The notes beneath the pieces were generated by a model. It ran no database searches and was not told the origin of the DNA. It saw only the letters and a program-made list of their open reading frames with translations. A stretch of 62,000 nucleotides of DNA from Acanthaster planci (taxonomy: Eukaryota), in assembly GCF_001949145.1 (NCBI RefSeq), contig NW_019091405.1, positions 806,001 to 868,000 on the forward strand, in the 5' to 3' direction. Below, piece after piece: positions 1 through 12,500 of the stretch. Every line of letters begins with the position of its first letter. Position 1 is the stretch's first letter. Made by a program: the position numbers and the translations under genes.

Positions 1-128
1 CCCCAAAAACCCTTGTGGCACAGGAGAGACCCAAGGAACCACTCTACTCCATCCAGCCCATGCTGGGAATTGAACCTGAGCCACAATAATTAAAGGCAAC
101 TGCTTGTACACACTAGTCATCCGTGCCA
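1..128 (-). mobile_element. Degenerate tRNA-derived SINE head
   Basis: GGGAATTGAACC at ~65-76 is the reverse complement of a Pol III B-box, in a SINE-like context. Truncated by the window edge. Confidence 0.4.
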
Positions 129-307
129 CTTGCAAGGTGCATGCCCAACAGTTTGATAGTACTTCTTTTTATCCACTGGAATGAGAAAGGAGGAGATATA
201 ACAACCCAACAACGTCGTAGGAGCTACAACATTGTAGTCAGTACCTATATGTTTTATGCATGACTCTCAGCAAACCCATGGGGCACCTCAGGAATCTAGT
301 CATAATT

Positions 308-519
308 GGGTCATTCCGTGAGGTTGGGGCACCGTTTGTGATGGTATCAATTGATACATGGGTTCCGTAAAAATGAAGTTATTTGTTATACATCTTGCAA
401 GGCTGAATACAGAGGTGTGTGTTATTTTTACAGAGTAAATGACCTACTCTGCCATTCATGAGTTTTGGATGTATCAAGGACGCCGTCACAAATTGTGCCC
501 CAACCTCATGGAATGACCC
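308..519. mobile_element. MITE with ~50-bp imperfect TIRs (GGGTCATTCC...GGAATGACCC)
   Basis: Left end GGGTCATTCCGTGAGGTTGGGGCAC matches the reverse complement of the right end GTGCCCCAACCTCATGGAATGACCC. Flanks are AATT and ATTT (AWWT, Sola-like; superfamily is inference). Confidence 0.75.
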
Positions 520-575
520 ATTTCAGTAGTCACTACCTGTAGGTTCCACTAATCCATTCTACTCTTTCTTTATAG

Positions 576-3500
576 TACCAGTCAGCTGCACCAGTTTGCT
601 GCTCATCTTCACCTCCTACCCCCGCTCCCAGAAGGCACCGAGACAGTGTATGAGAAGGAGTTCCTTCTAGAGCTAATGGTAAGCTGTTCACTTGTTCCTG
701 GTGTGATATTCATCAACATTCAAGGGACATGTGCCTGGAGGTGTTGCCGTGCCCCATCTCACAGCATCTTAACATGGTTGTTATGTTTTGTTAATGTATA
801 TTGCTGTTTCGCTTCCCTGGCTCAGTAAACAGGGCCAAAATCATCAAAAAGAAGTGACAGGTGTTCAGTTACACATTACATATTTAACAAGGGGATTGTT
901 GGCATTGCAAGTCCAGTACCGATTAAGTAAGTGTTGAAAGACAGGGTACCAAACGTCTGAAGGAACATTAAAAAACATGGTGACTGCCACAAAAAAATCA
1001 AGTTAACTTAATACTGTCCTTACCAAACTGGCATACCAGGTATTCCTAAGAATAGTAGCATTCACAGTATGTGGGTGTGGCCTCTGACAGTACATGCATT
1101 GCCCTAACGTGCCCAGGATTTGTAACAGTGCCAATCCCACTGTGTTTTTAGTGATTTTGCACTGATTATTATCTACCACTTGGCCGTTTCCATGCCTTGC
1201 TGAGGTTTAAGCAGTGGTGGAAATAACCTAGGTACTAATGACACAAGTTCTCTCTGCTCCTAGACATATTTGATTTGCAAAGCGACTTACGGTCGACATG
1301 AACATGGATGAAACATGTATTATGTCACGCAATTAACATGAAAGGTTGCACAAGCTTCATTTTGGTGCAGACAGCACCTCTTGAAAACTTGACCCCTGAC
1401 CTTTCTGGACCTTGAAATTCAAGCAGTTAAGACAAAAAAGTGGCCAGAGTGCTTGGTATCAGCGGCAAACTTCCGCCCTCACGTACTGTCTCAGAAGTGT
1501 TTAGTCCTGAGATTTCCACGACTGAATCTTCAACCATTGTCTTTAGGTGTCGAGGCATGAGCGCCGACAATCTCAGATACAAGTCCTAAATGAGACTCCA
1601 CTCTACCCAACGGAGGAGGTGTTATGGGACGAGAATGTGGTCCCCACTGAGTATTTCTCAGGAGAAGGTAAGCTCTTTTCTATCTGAAGGATGTTTTCAT
1701 CTTCTTTTTAAGTTGATATCAACTGTCCTTTGATATCAAAGGACAGGGATTCCTTGTCCAATTCTGAAAAATCTCAGCACCCTAAAACACCCAGCTCACC
1801 GGGCCCTGACACTGGTTCTTCAAAGGGGCTCTTCAAATAGTTAATGAAAATTTATTTAAGTCCAACAACCATAATGACTCTGAATACAGTGCATCCCAAA
1901 TTCAGAATCTGTTTCTTTTTAAGTGTTTCAGTGTTGGAGGTCTCAACTTTCATTTAAGTGGGCCAATATCATGATGATAGTGTAGTTTTTAAAGTACTGA
2001 GTCCCTGTTAACGAGTTTGTTAATAAAGTCTTGGATGTGGAAGGCTGGTGAAGATTCTTAATGGCACCAGGGCTTGAACAGACAAACATTGGAATTGACG
2101 GCAAATTGATGCGGCCATAAGCTTATATTAACGCAATTTTCAGTGACGAATTGGATTGTAAGCAAAAGCAGTAAATTATAATTACATGTACTTTAATACA
2201 CAACAGCTTTTCATAGATGTTTGAAGTAGTAAAAACTTCACTATGCTCTGTTAGAGGACTAGAGTAGGAAATAACCCAAGACCTGCATGTCATATTGAAA
2301 TAGAATGCATAAATTTGACATGTAGAGTTGAAATGAAGAGCAGATGCCCAGAATTGAGGTTAAATTCTACCCCCGTGGTAATACTTTGATTGATTTGTAA
2401 ATTTTCTCCTCACATTATGGCCCAGGATACCAATGATTCATTCTGTCTCTGTGCACGTGTTTGGCTCCCCCTTCCCAGGTTGTCTGGCCCTACCCAAGCT
2501 GAACCTGCAGATGCTGACCCTCCATGACTATCTGCTCCGAAACTTCAACCTCTTCAGATTGGAATCCATGTGTAAGTAGTAGTTTTCTGTCCTCCCCGCT
2601 CTGTCAAAGGCTTTGCAAAGACATCCACTGCACACTGAGAGGCTCCGGGTAGGGATGTGGATGTAAGTGCCTGACTCAGAACAGGTCGGAGCAAGGTCGT
2701 GGTGTAAACTCAGTGTTCTGGGCTCCAGCTGTCAGTGACCTCTGTTGTCAGATGGTGAATAATTACCATGTTTGGTTTTAACCCTGAGCAGTTGTTTGAG
2801 AAATCCCTGATTGATTTTTTTTAATCAATTTGCTCAAGGTAAGAGATCAAGATGTGAAATCACCGTACAACCAAATTTAGAATTATCATTTACAGTGACC
2901 TCTGTTGCCAGATGGTGAATAATTACCATGTTTGGTTTTAACCCTGAGCAGTTGTTTGAGAAATCCCTGATTGATTGTTATTAATCAATTTGCACAAGGT
3001 AAGAGATCGAGATGGGAAATCACCGTACAACCAAATTTAGAATTATAATTTACATTTTCCTGAGGTCTTAGAGATATATGAATTTGGTCTTGAAGAAACA
3101 GTGTTTTGGATTGTCAATAAATTATGACCCCAAATTATTCCTGTATTCCATCCTTGTTTAAATATGTCCTGTTTTTCAAACTTTAGATGAAATTCGGCAG
3201 GACCTTGAGGATGCGATCTTGCGTATGAAGCCCTGGATTGCTGAAAACGGGGAAACCTTCTTTGGCGGCTGGGCTCGCATGGCACAGGTGAGACACATGA
3301 ATTCCTTTAGTCAATTGCCAAACAGCACAAATCCAGAAATGCTCACTTAAGTTACAGTACACATATACAAAGGGTCCTTCGAATATTGCATGGGCAATAT
3401 ACACTGCCGTGCAAAAGTCCGNAATAAATTTGACAAGTAGAGTTGAAATGAAGAGCAGATGCTCAGAATTGAGGTTAAATTCTACCCTTGTGGTGATACT

Positions 3501-6500
3501 TTGATTGATTTGTAAATTTTCTCCTCACATTATGGCCCAGGATACCAATGATTCATTCTGTCTCTGTGCACGTGTTTGGCTCCCCCTTTCCAGGTTGTCT
3601 GGCCCTACCCAAGCTGAACCTGCAGATGCTGACCCTCCATGACTATCTGCTCCGAAACTTCAACCTCTTCAGATTGGAATCCATGTGTAAGTAGTAGTTT
3701 TCTGTCCTCCCCGCTCTGTCAAAGGCTTTGCTAAGACATCCACTGCACACTGAGAGGCTCCGGGTAGGGATGTGGATGTACATGTAGGTGCCTGAGTCAG
3801 GACAGGTCGGAGCAAGGTCGCGGTGTAAACTCAGTGTTCTGGGCTCCAGCTGTCAGTGACCTCTGTTGTCAGATGGTGAATAATTACCATGTTTGGTTTT
3901 AACCCTGAGCAGTTGTTTGAGAAATCCCTGATTGATTTTTATTAATCAATTTGCACAAGGTAAGAGATCAAGATGTGAAATCACCGTACAACCAAATTAG
4001 AATTATAATTTACATTTTCCTGAGGTCTTAGAGATATATGAATTTGGTCTTGAAGAAACAGTGTTTTGGATTGTCAATAAATTATGACCCCAAATTATTC
4101 CTGTATTCCATCCTTGTTTAAATATGTCCTTTTTTTTCAAACTTTAGATGAAATTCGGCAGGACCTCGAGGATGCGATCTTGCGTATGAAGCCCTGGATT
4201 GCTGAAAATGGGGAAACCTTCTTTGGCGGCTGGGCTCGCATGGCACAGGTGAGATACATGAATTCCTTTAGTCAATTGCCAAACAGCACAAATCCAGAAA
4301 TGCTCACTTAAAGTTACAGTACACATATACAAAAGGTCCTTCAAATATTGCATGGGCAATATACAATACATTGCAAATGAAAGTTGACTTTGTGAATCTG
4401 TCTGGGAAATTTGGTGAAAAGAATTCACTTTCACATTATTTTCACAAGTTGAGAAAATGATTCCCCACTCGTGGGAAAATCTGTGAAAATCTTTTCCCAC
4501 TGGTGAACAAAGGTGTGAATAAATTGTCCAACTTGTGAAACAAGTTGTGAATTTCTTTTTCTCACAGAGGGGAAGAGAGTGTGAACATTTTTCTCTTTGA
4601 GAGGAAATTTTTCCACAATTTGTGAAATGAATATTCATTTTCCTGGATAGAAATACGTGTGAACATTATTCCCCTTTTTGGGGTTAACTTTCAATGGACC
4701 ATATTCGCGGGGGACCCAGTGTCAGTTAGATTCCCCAAAATAGTGTACTTATTTGAAAAAGTTAAATCTAAAGAACCAGACTATTATTTGATTTCATTCT
4801 GACCCCCCAAATCACCTGGTACCATCCCGTGAAGGGTTTCAAATGTATACAGTATGTTCAGGAACATGACTGAAATTAGGTACCCCGCGATTACAGTCTA
4901 TTGCAATGTAATCTATGTTATCACGCACTAGCTTTATACCTGGACCTCATTGGGGCTCTCTATCCAGTCCAATATGTGCTCTATCATAATTTTTTATCAA
5001 CACTTTTTAAAAATACATACATTAGAATTGGGTCATAATGACTGCAGCCAAAGATAAGCTTGTGATTAATCATCATCTTAAATTTTACTACTTTTTACCT
5101 ATGCAGCCAATTGCAGCCTTCTCTGTTGTGGAAGTCGCCAAGCCCAACATTGGTGAGAACCACCCGGCCAGTGTGCGCGCTGACGTGACCATCACGCTCA
5201 ATCTCCGGCAACAGATCAAGCAGGAATGGGAAGGTACATTGAACAGTCAGACATTACCTCCGGGGTCAAGCTCTACCACAAGAAATTGATACTTTTCTAT
5301 GGGCTGCAGTGGATTGCAAAAAAAAGGCTGCTTACTTGTCTTTATTGCGATGGTTGGGCATTTACAGTGCTGTAAAAAGTAAATGTGATTAGCTCCATGC
5401 AAAGGTGAAAAATTCACCAAGGCAATGTTTGCATTTGTTAAAAGAGCTTATGATATGAGCTGTGATTCGCTGTGATATGGCGTATTCGCCAGTTTTCTGT
5501 TATATTAATGAAGCGTTAAATGTTGTAAACGTATTTGTCGTCAGCCTCTGTATAATCCAATAAAATTATACAAAATGACTTGAAATTCAACTAAAGTATG
5601 CAGTGTGCTTTTGATGTGTGAGTTTGTAATTTGTAACCAGGAACTGAAAACAATGTACATGTATGTGTTCTTTGTTGGGTACGCATTCGTATGCAGCTCT
5701 TCGCAAGCACGATGTAGCCTTCCTCATCAGCGTCAGGCCCACCAAGAAAATCGGCACCAAGTTTAACTTGAGAGAGGAGCACTTCATCGAGGCGGTCGGC
5801 CTAGTTCATGTGCGGGGCTGTGAGGTGGAAGGAATGCTGAATGAAGAAGGCCGAGTTATCGAAGATGGTAAGAATGGGGGAGGGACACATTCTATGAAAA
5901 CTCTTCAGATTCTGAAAATTTCCATTTTTAGATGGAGCTCTAAAACCGTGTAGCCAGTTCTTTCAAATATCACTTTGGGTCAATTTTGTAAAACTACTTA
6001 TAGTTACACTGCGCGGTGAAGATGTTTGCTGAGCAAAAGGTTGATTACTGGCCAAAATGTCAGGCATAGTATATTTATTTTTGACGTGGGTCTCTGCTAA
6101 GTTTTGCTCAGCCTGTAAGTTTGCTAAGTGCAGTTTTCCCGCATAGCAGCAGGTTTGGACAGATTCTGCAGGATCATTATTTTCACTTGGGATTGGATAT
6201 GGTCGGAAAGTTTTGGTACAAGGAATGCATCAGTTTTTCCTAATCAGCAGAGGATTTCGGAAGATCAAAGATATTCTACTGAATCTCAAAATGTGGAGGG
6301 CCTGACGTTTCGATCCTAGCAGACTCTTTCGCAAAGGCAAAATGGAAAAGGCAAAATATTCTATTGAAATTAAAACCACACTGAATTTGGGTTGAGGTAG
6401 TCTGAGTTGTTTTAATGAATTAAGTTGTTTTCCAGTCAATATTTCAACATATCCAACATTGTTATGGTCGACACCATCAAAACATTCCTGCAAGTCCATC

Positions 6501-9500
6501 ACAAGTCATCTGGTCATGAACCAAGTCACTCTAAAGACACTCCATTTTCGCTGTTCACCCAGCCATGTAGATCTGGTCTTGGGATGGGACTTGAGAAAGG
6601 ACTAGTGAAAGGATGTGAAGGATTTGACCGCACCTCGATATTCAAATCAACATAATCTCCTTCCTTAGGTCCTGAGCCCAGGCCAGAGTTACCTGGTTCC
6701 CAGCGTACCTACCGCGTGTGGTTGGATCCCAATCAGTACCAGCAGGACATGGCCGGTACTGCTGCAGGCGGGGAGGATGTGTACGAGTCGTTCAACATCA
6801 TCATGAGAAGGAAGCCAAAAGAGAACAATTTCAAGGTCAGTTGGAAAAAAAAATTTCCTTCCCCGAATCCCCCATTCCCATCTACTTTGCTCATTTTGAA
6901 ATGAAATCCAGATCTTGATTTTTCTCATTCTGTATGTGTTGATGTGACAGTCTACGACGTGTAGCTGCTTTACTTACCCACTCAAAATGGAAAATTCTAC
7001 CCTCAAAGAATGGATTCATTCATGCCTTGATCAGCTAACTTGTCACAAATAGTGATGATACTTTTGCAACCATGAGTCGGTTTAGAGTCGTCGTACAGCT
7101 TCAGGCCGTCAAGAACCCAGCATTAACATTTTGTTTTTCCATCAGCATGTGATGACCTTGTATGCAAAGTATCGTTCTTTTCACAAGCCATTTCTTTTTG
7201 CACGTCCTGCATTACGGGATTACAGGCTGTTCTGGAAACCATTCGTAACCTGATGAACACGGACTGCGTCGTCCCTGACTGGCTGCATGACATCATCCTG
7301 GGCTATGGTGACCCCGGGGCCGCCCACTACTCCCAGATGGAGCACCGCACCCCGACGCTGGACTGGAATGACACCTTCCTCAGCTTGGACCACCTCAGGG
7401 CCAGCTTCCCCGACCACGACGTCAAGGTCACCACGGAGGACCCTGCCAAGCAGAAACCACCGTTTAGGTATGGACAAATCCAGCGATGTTTGACTCGACA
7501 TGGCTCATGACCCCCCATGCTGGACAGCATTTTCTGGGGTTTTGTGTGGAGTGACTTTCATGGGACAGTGGCTGCGTACATGGTTAACCCCTTCATACCA
7601 GGAGCCATCCACAGCGGCGGCTTTGTGTGAGGATTAGTGCATACCTCACATACATTCTGTTCATCATGCACCTACTGTTTCAATGTGGGCTGGGTGCTGG
7701 ACAGAGCTTTGCATACTGGGCATACCACAGCCCAGCAGTCACGGACAAAAGAATCCCAGCGTGAAGGGGTTAATCACAATATTTGGTCATTCTGTAAATT
7801 TGGGGTCCAGTTTTTGTCGTGTCCCTGTTATATCTGACGTATGATTTGTACACTTAAAATGCATTCTTTAATTTCCAAAAGTGGTTAAGTAATATGAAAA
7901 TTCTACGGTACTAAACAGAAGTTTGAAGTCAACTTCATTTCGCAGGTCTGTTGTAAGAGAAACACAAAAATGTCACACTTTTGGACCCCAAATTTCTAGA
8001 ATCACCCAGTGTCTCTTCACTGATGGGGCCATTGCAAATGACCCGTGAGAGCGTTTCCATGGTCACAGGATTCAACTGTAGGAAAAAACAAATTAATTGA
8101 ACCCTAACTCCCTACGATGTGTTTGTAATCATTTTGAGATTGGAATCCTTAGTGGTGTTAGGGCTAGTTGAGTGTGACAAAGAAAATGCCAGAAGAAATG
8201 ACTGGTTATAATGGCTCGGCTGAAAGGATTGTTAACAGTTCATAAATTAGTTTTGAATTTTACAGATGAATAAAATATTTACTATTGATAGCCTTCTGCT
8301 GACCTTGAAAGTAAAGTTTATTCCATAGTGATGCCAAAGAAGAACCCAACTTTGTGATCTAATGCACTTAGAATTTTATCAGATTTCCTGTAGTTGTGGC
8401 AGTATTGTTGGGGGGCTTGTGTGAAGTTGGACTGCTGAACAGGACCGAGCAATGGAATGAAAATGTTCACTAACGTCATTCTTGTCAATGCAATCAGGCA
8501 TAAAACATGTCCAGCCACTGATTCTTGAGCCAACTCTGCTGAACTTGATGTACATGTAAATATTTTGGAGATCCATTGCACTGGTGAGATACTTCTTCAT
8601 TCTTGTCTGCATTGTCATCGAAATGAGCAGCAGCACTTTGTAAAATCAGCCCTGTTGCTTTTTGGCAAATTGTAAATGTTTTGCCTTCTTAATTCAGGAT
8701 TACCTTCCCGGTCACTCCTGGTGGAGGAAAGAAACGTAAACAACCGGGCGATGATGGCACGGAGCAGAAACAATTGGTTGTCGAGCCTCATGTGATTCCC
8801 AACAGAGGCCCCTATCCTTACAACCAGCCCAAAAGGTACATTTGACGTTGTAATATTGAGTCTGATATTTTTATTTGTTGTTATCATTATTATCAGTCTT
8901 TGTTTTCAAAACAGTAATTTCCCCCCCCCCATCTAGGGTCAAGTTCAAAGAATTGGCTTTACAAAAACTAGCCACAATATCGTATGATGCATTCTGTGTT
9001 TGATTGCTCAATTTGATAGGATTTGTTTGTTGCATGGCTTCTCCATGACATTCAGGCAGTGTGAAGGGACTCCCCTGTATAACTTTTATACATGAAATGC
9101 CTGGCTGGGTTTGGCTTGAGAGTCATATTTGGAAATTCTTTTTTGTCTGTCTGTTCAGGAATGCCATTCCCTTCACACCTACGCAGATTGAAGCCATCAA
9201 AGCTGGCATGCAACCAGGCCTGACCATGGTAGGTTGACTTTTCATCATTTGGCCTGGTCTTTACGGGCGATATTGGTGAAACTCAAGCTGGTGTTGTCAT
9301 CGAGATCTCTTGAAACCATCCCGAGACTTCACAAAACCATCCAAGGATCTCCAGTCTGAATTCAAGTAACAAGCTATATATTCAAATGAATTGCAACCAA
9401 AGCAGTCCTTTGTCATTGTTCAACATGTCACTTGTGACCGGTCTTGTGATAACCTCAGCAACAGTAAAACCGACGCAGGCTTTGTTAACTCCACAAAGTG

Positions 9501-12500
9501 TTGTGCCAAACATGTTCTTCCAAGACCAGATGAAAATAGGCAAGTGCATGTGGTGGGATAAGTTAGGCACATGTTACTGAATGATTTAAAGGAAGAACAG
9601 AAATACTGATGTGGCTGAATCCCACAAAAAATTAATCTTAAGGCCATATTGTCAGTATTAGAAAGACCTGATTGAACTTTTTGATGCGTTGCTCAATTTG
9701 GCATCCTGAACATTGTGTGGATAAAAATTTTAAGGGTTCCTACATTTTTCAAATTCTATAAACCCCTTAATTTACAACTAGCAGTTGGGACGTGCGTGAA
9801 GGACCCCTTTTGCTTCATTGGGTTACAATTGTCTGTGTAGTGCCATTTGTGTTAGTGTGATTAACTGTCTCCCACAAATTGAATGGGTACTCCATGTACA
9901 CTGGGGAACCTGAGTATTGTAGGAACTGATGGGTTTTAAATGCCATTGCATCCTTATTTCCTTGGATGCAAAGCAGCAGGATTACATCTTGAGGTATCCT
10001 GGAATTTTTATACTGTCTTAGGTAGCTGGGAGGGATCAGTTTTTATCAGTGAAGACTTCGTGTTTTGGTCATTCATCGTTTCAGGTGAAGCATCCTGATA
10101 AATCTAAACTTGAATGCTAGGACAAGGAGCGTATGCGCTGCTCAGGAATTTGTGCTCTGAATGTCGTTTGGAGGGAATTTTCCACAGGTTGTCCCCGAAA
10201 GACTTTCATCCCATTTTCTTTGTCATTCTGTGACAGTTTTGATTCATATCTTGCATTCTGTTGTGTCTGCTTTCCCCTTCCCAAGGTTGTTGGTCCACCG
10301 GGAACGGGCAAGACTGACGTGGCCGTCCAGATCATTTCCAACATTTACCATAACTTTCCTTCACAAAGGACGTTGATTGTCACACACTCCAACCAGGTAC
10401 GGCCCACTGCCACCAGTTGTGATAACCAGATACCCACAACGTAACGGTCAATTCATTAACCACTTGCTGACAGTAATACTTTTGGTTGAAAATCTTGATA
10501 TTCTAAAAAGGCAAGATATAGTGCCTAGGTTCTGATATTCAGCCAAACGCCACAAATGCTGATTTCCAAGAGTCATTTGAACAGTATTTATCGTACTTTA
10601 TTTCTTACCGCATCCTGATTTTTTTCAACACTCCGGAGTATGCCCTCAGAATATTTGCTATTACAAAAGGCCGTGCATAGTGGCTAAATTACAGTTCAAA
10701 ACACAGCTCACCTCCACAGACGTTGTAGACTTTATGTGCGTGTTCAAAACAAACAGGGGATCAGCAGTTTTAGATCTTTGGAGGTGAGTTGAGGTACGCT
10801 CGACGTCTTGACCCATCAGCCGGCAGAGAGGAAACACTCGCTGTCCCAGTGTCCCAAGGAGTACATTATTTGTGGATGCATCTGTTTTTCTCATATAGGC
10901 CCTGAATCAGTTGTTTGAAAAGATCATGGCGTTGGACATCGATGAGCGACACTTGCTACGTCTTGGCCATGGGGAGGAAGCTTTGGAAACAGAGAAGGAC
11001 TTTAGCAGGTGAGATCAGTTTTTCACTAAACCATGGAATTCTGAATAATAATGCACAGCATACCTGAATGACTCAAAGCAGCACTGTTCCGCACAGTGCA
11101 GAGGTCTTGCGTAATAGTCAGTCCATAGTCAATAAAATGATAATGGGCATCCTTCATCATCTACATGTGAAAACTGATAAGTTCATCCTGTCTCAGGTGT
11201 AGAGGGTTACAGAAATACCTTGTAAGGATTTCTCTTCATCAAGCTTTCATCGAGCTCTCCCACACCCAAGACCCCCAGATCGACTGGAGCAACACCAAAC
11301 TCATCATCCGCATTGAACATTGGTAGCCTTGTCGCATGAAAGAAGCCATCAAAATCCTCAAACACGGCACGGCACCGCAAGACATTGGTTTCACCATCAG
11401 CGACATCTGGCATCCCAGCCTCTCATCCCAGTCTGATGGGTCTGCATACACTAGGACATGTTCCCAGTCTTTGGATCTCCAATACCCTTGACAACCTTCC
11501 CCCACGCTTCCCTCCTCCAGACTGACACACTTTGCAAACCTGCCAGCATCCCTTGTTCTGCTTGAGTGCTTTGGGTTGAATCCGGAGTTAGCATCCTCTT
11601 CACACCTCACGACCTCCAGACACAATATAAGCAGCTTCAGCATCGGAACCTTTGACAACGGACAAGCGTTGAGTACCCTCTGGTTCTTTTCAGAACCACA
11701 CATACTTACAAAGAGAGATCCTTGCATGGTGCTACCGCAAACCTCTACAAACTTGCTACCTTCACCATGAAAAGCTTCAAAGCGCATTCATCCAGTGTCC
11801 TTCAGTGCATCTTGAGCCTTGCCCGAGTCTCCTCTCACACCATTAGCGCCTACTTTCAAACAATTCAGTCAGCGGAAAATTTTTTTTAAAAATCCTTGTT
11901 GATGTAGAAAGTGCATGCAATTTCATGGAATGCTCAGTGTTGTAGATGAGACCTCTTGGGACCAGCACAAGACCCCACTAGATCATGACAAGACCTGTTA
12001 CGAGACCTCCAAGTTCAAGTTACACATTATTCAAACAAGGAGGAGTCTGGCTTCTGGTCTCTTAATAGTTACGACTACAGCACTGAACACTACATGCATT
12101 TGCTTCCAGTTATGGACTCAAGTGGTCTCAGGTCTATTTTAGGTTTTGCTGTGATTACTATGGACTTGGACAACGACTTTACCACTCCACTGCTGTACAG
12201 TGGATGTGTCTTTTCCTCTGACGTCCCAACTAATAGTAAAGGCTGCTGTCTGCTTTTTAGCCTACAGTTGGGCAATTGGAATAACCAATCTTTCCTAATT
12301 GTTCTTCTCAAACTGCCCAGAACGTACTGTTTGGTCAACTGATCAAAAGTCAGCATTTTAGTACATAAGGTTTCATTTATAATCTGGCCATATACATTTT
12401 GTAAATTCCAAGTTCAAAGTGAAGGAAAAAATAACAGAACATGAACTCACAAACCTCTCAAGGAAAAGCAAAACTCATGTGGTTGATCAATAGATCTGCC

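Noticed and set aside
4144..4638. 164-aa minus-strand ORF
   Set aside because: Antisense to an AQR exon plus a GTGAA/TTCAC-rich low-complexity repeat relic.
11239..11787. 182-aa minus-strand ORF
   Set aside because: No recognisable domain; it lies antisense to the Penelope remnant.
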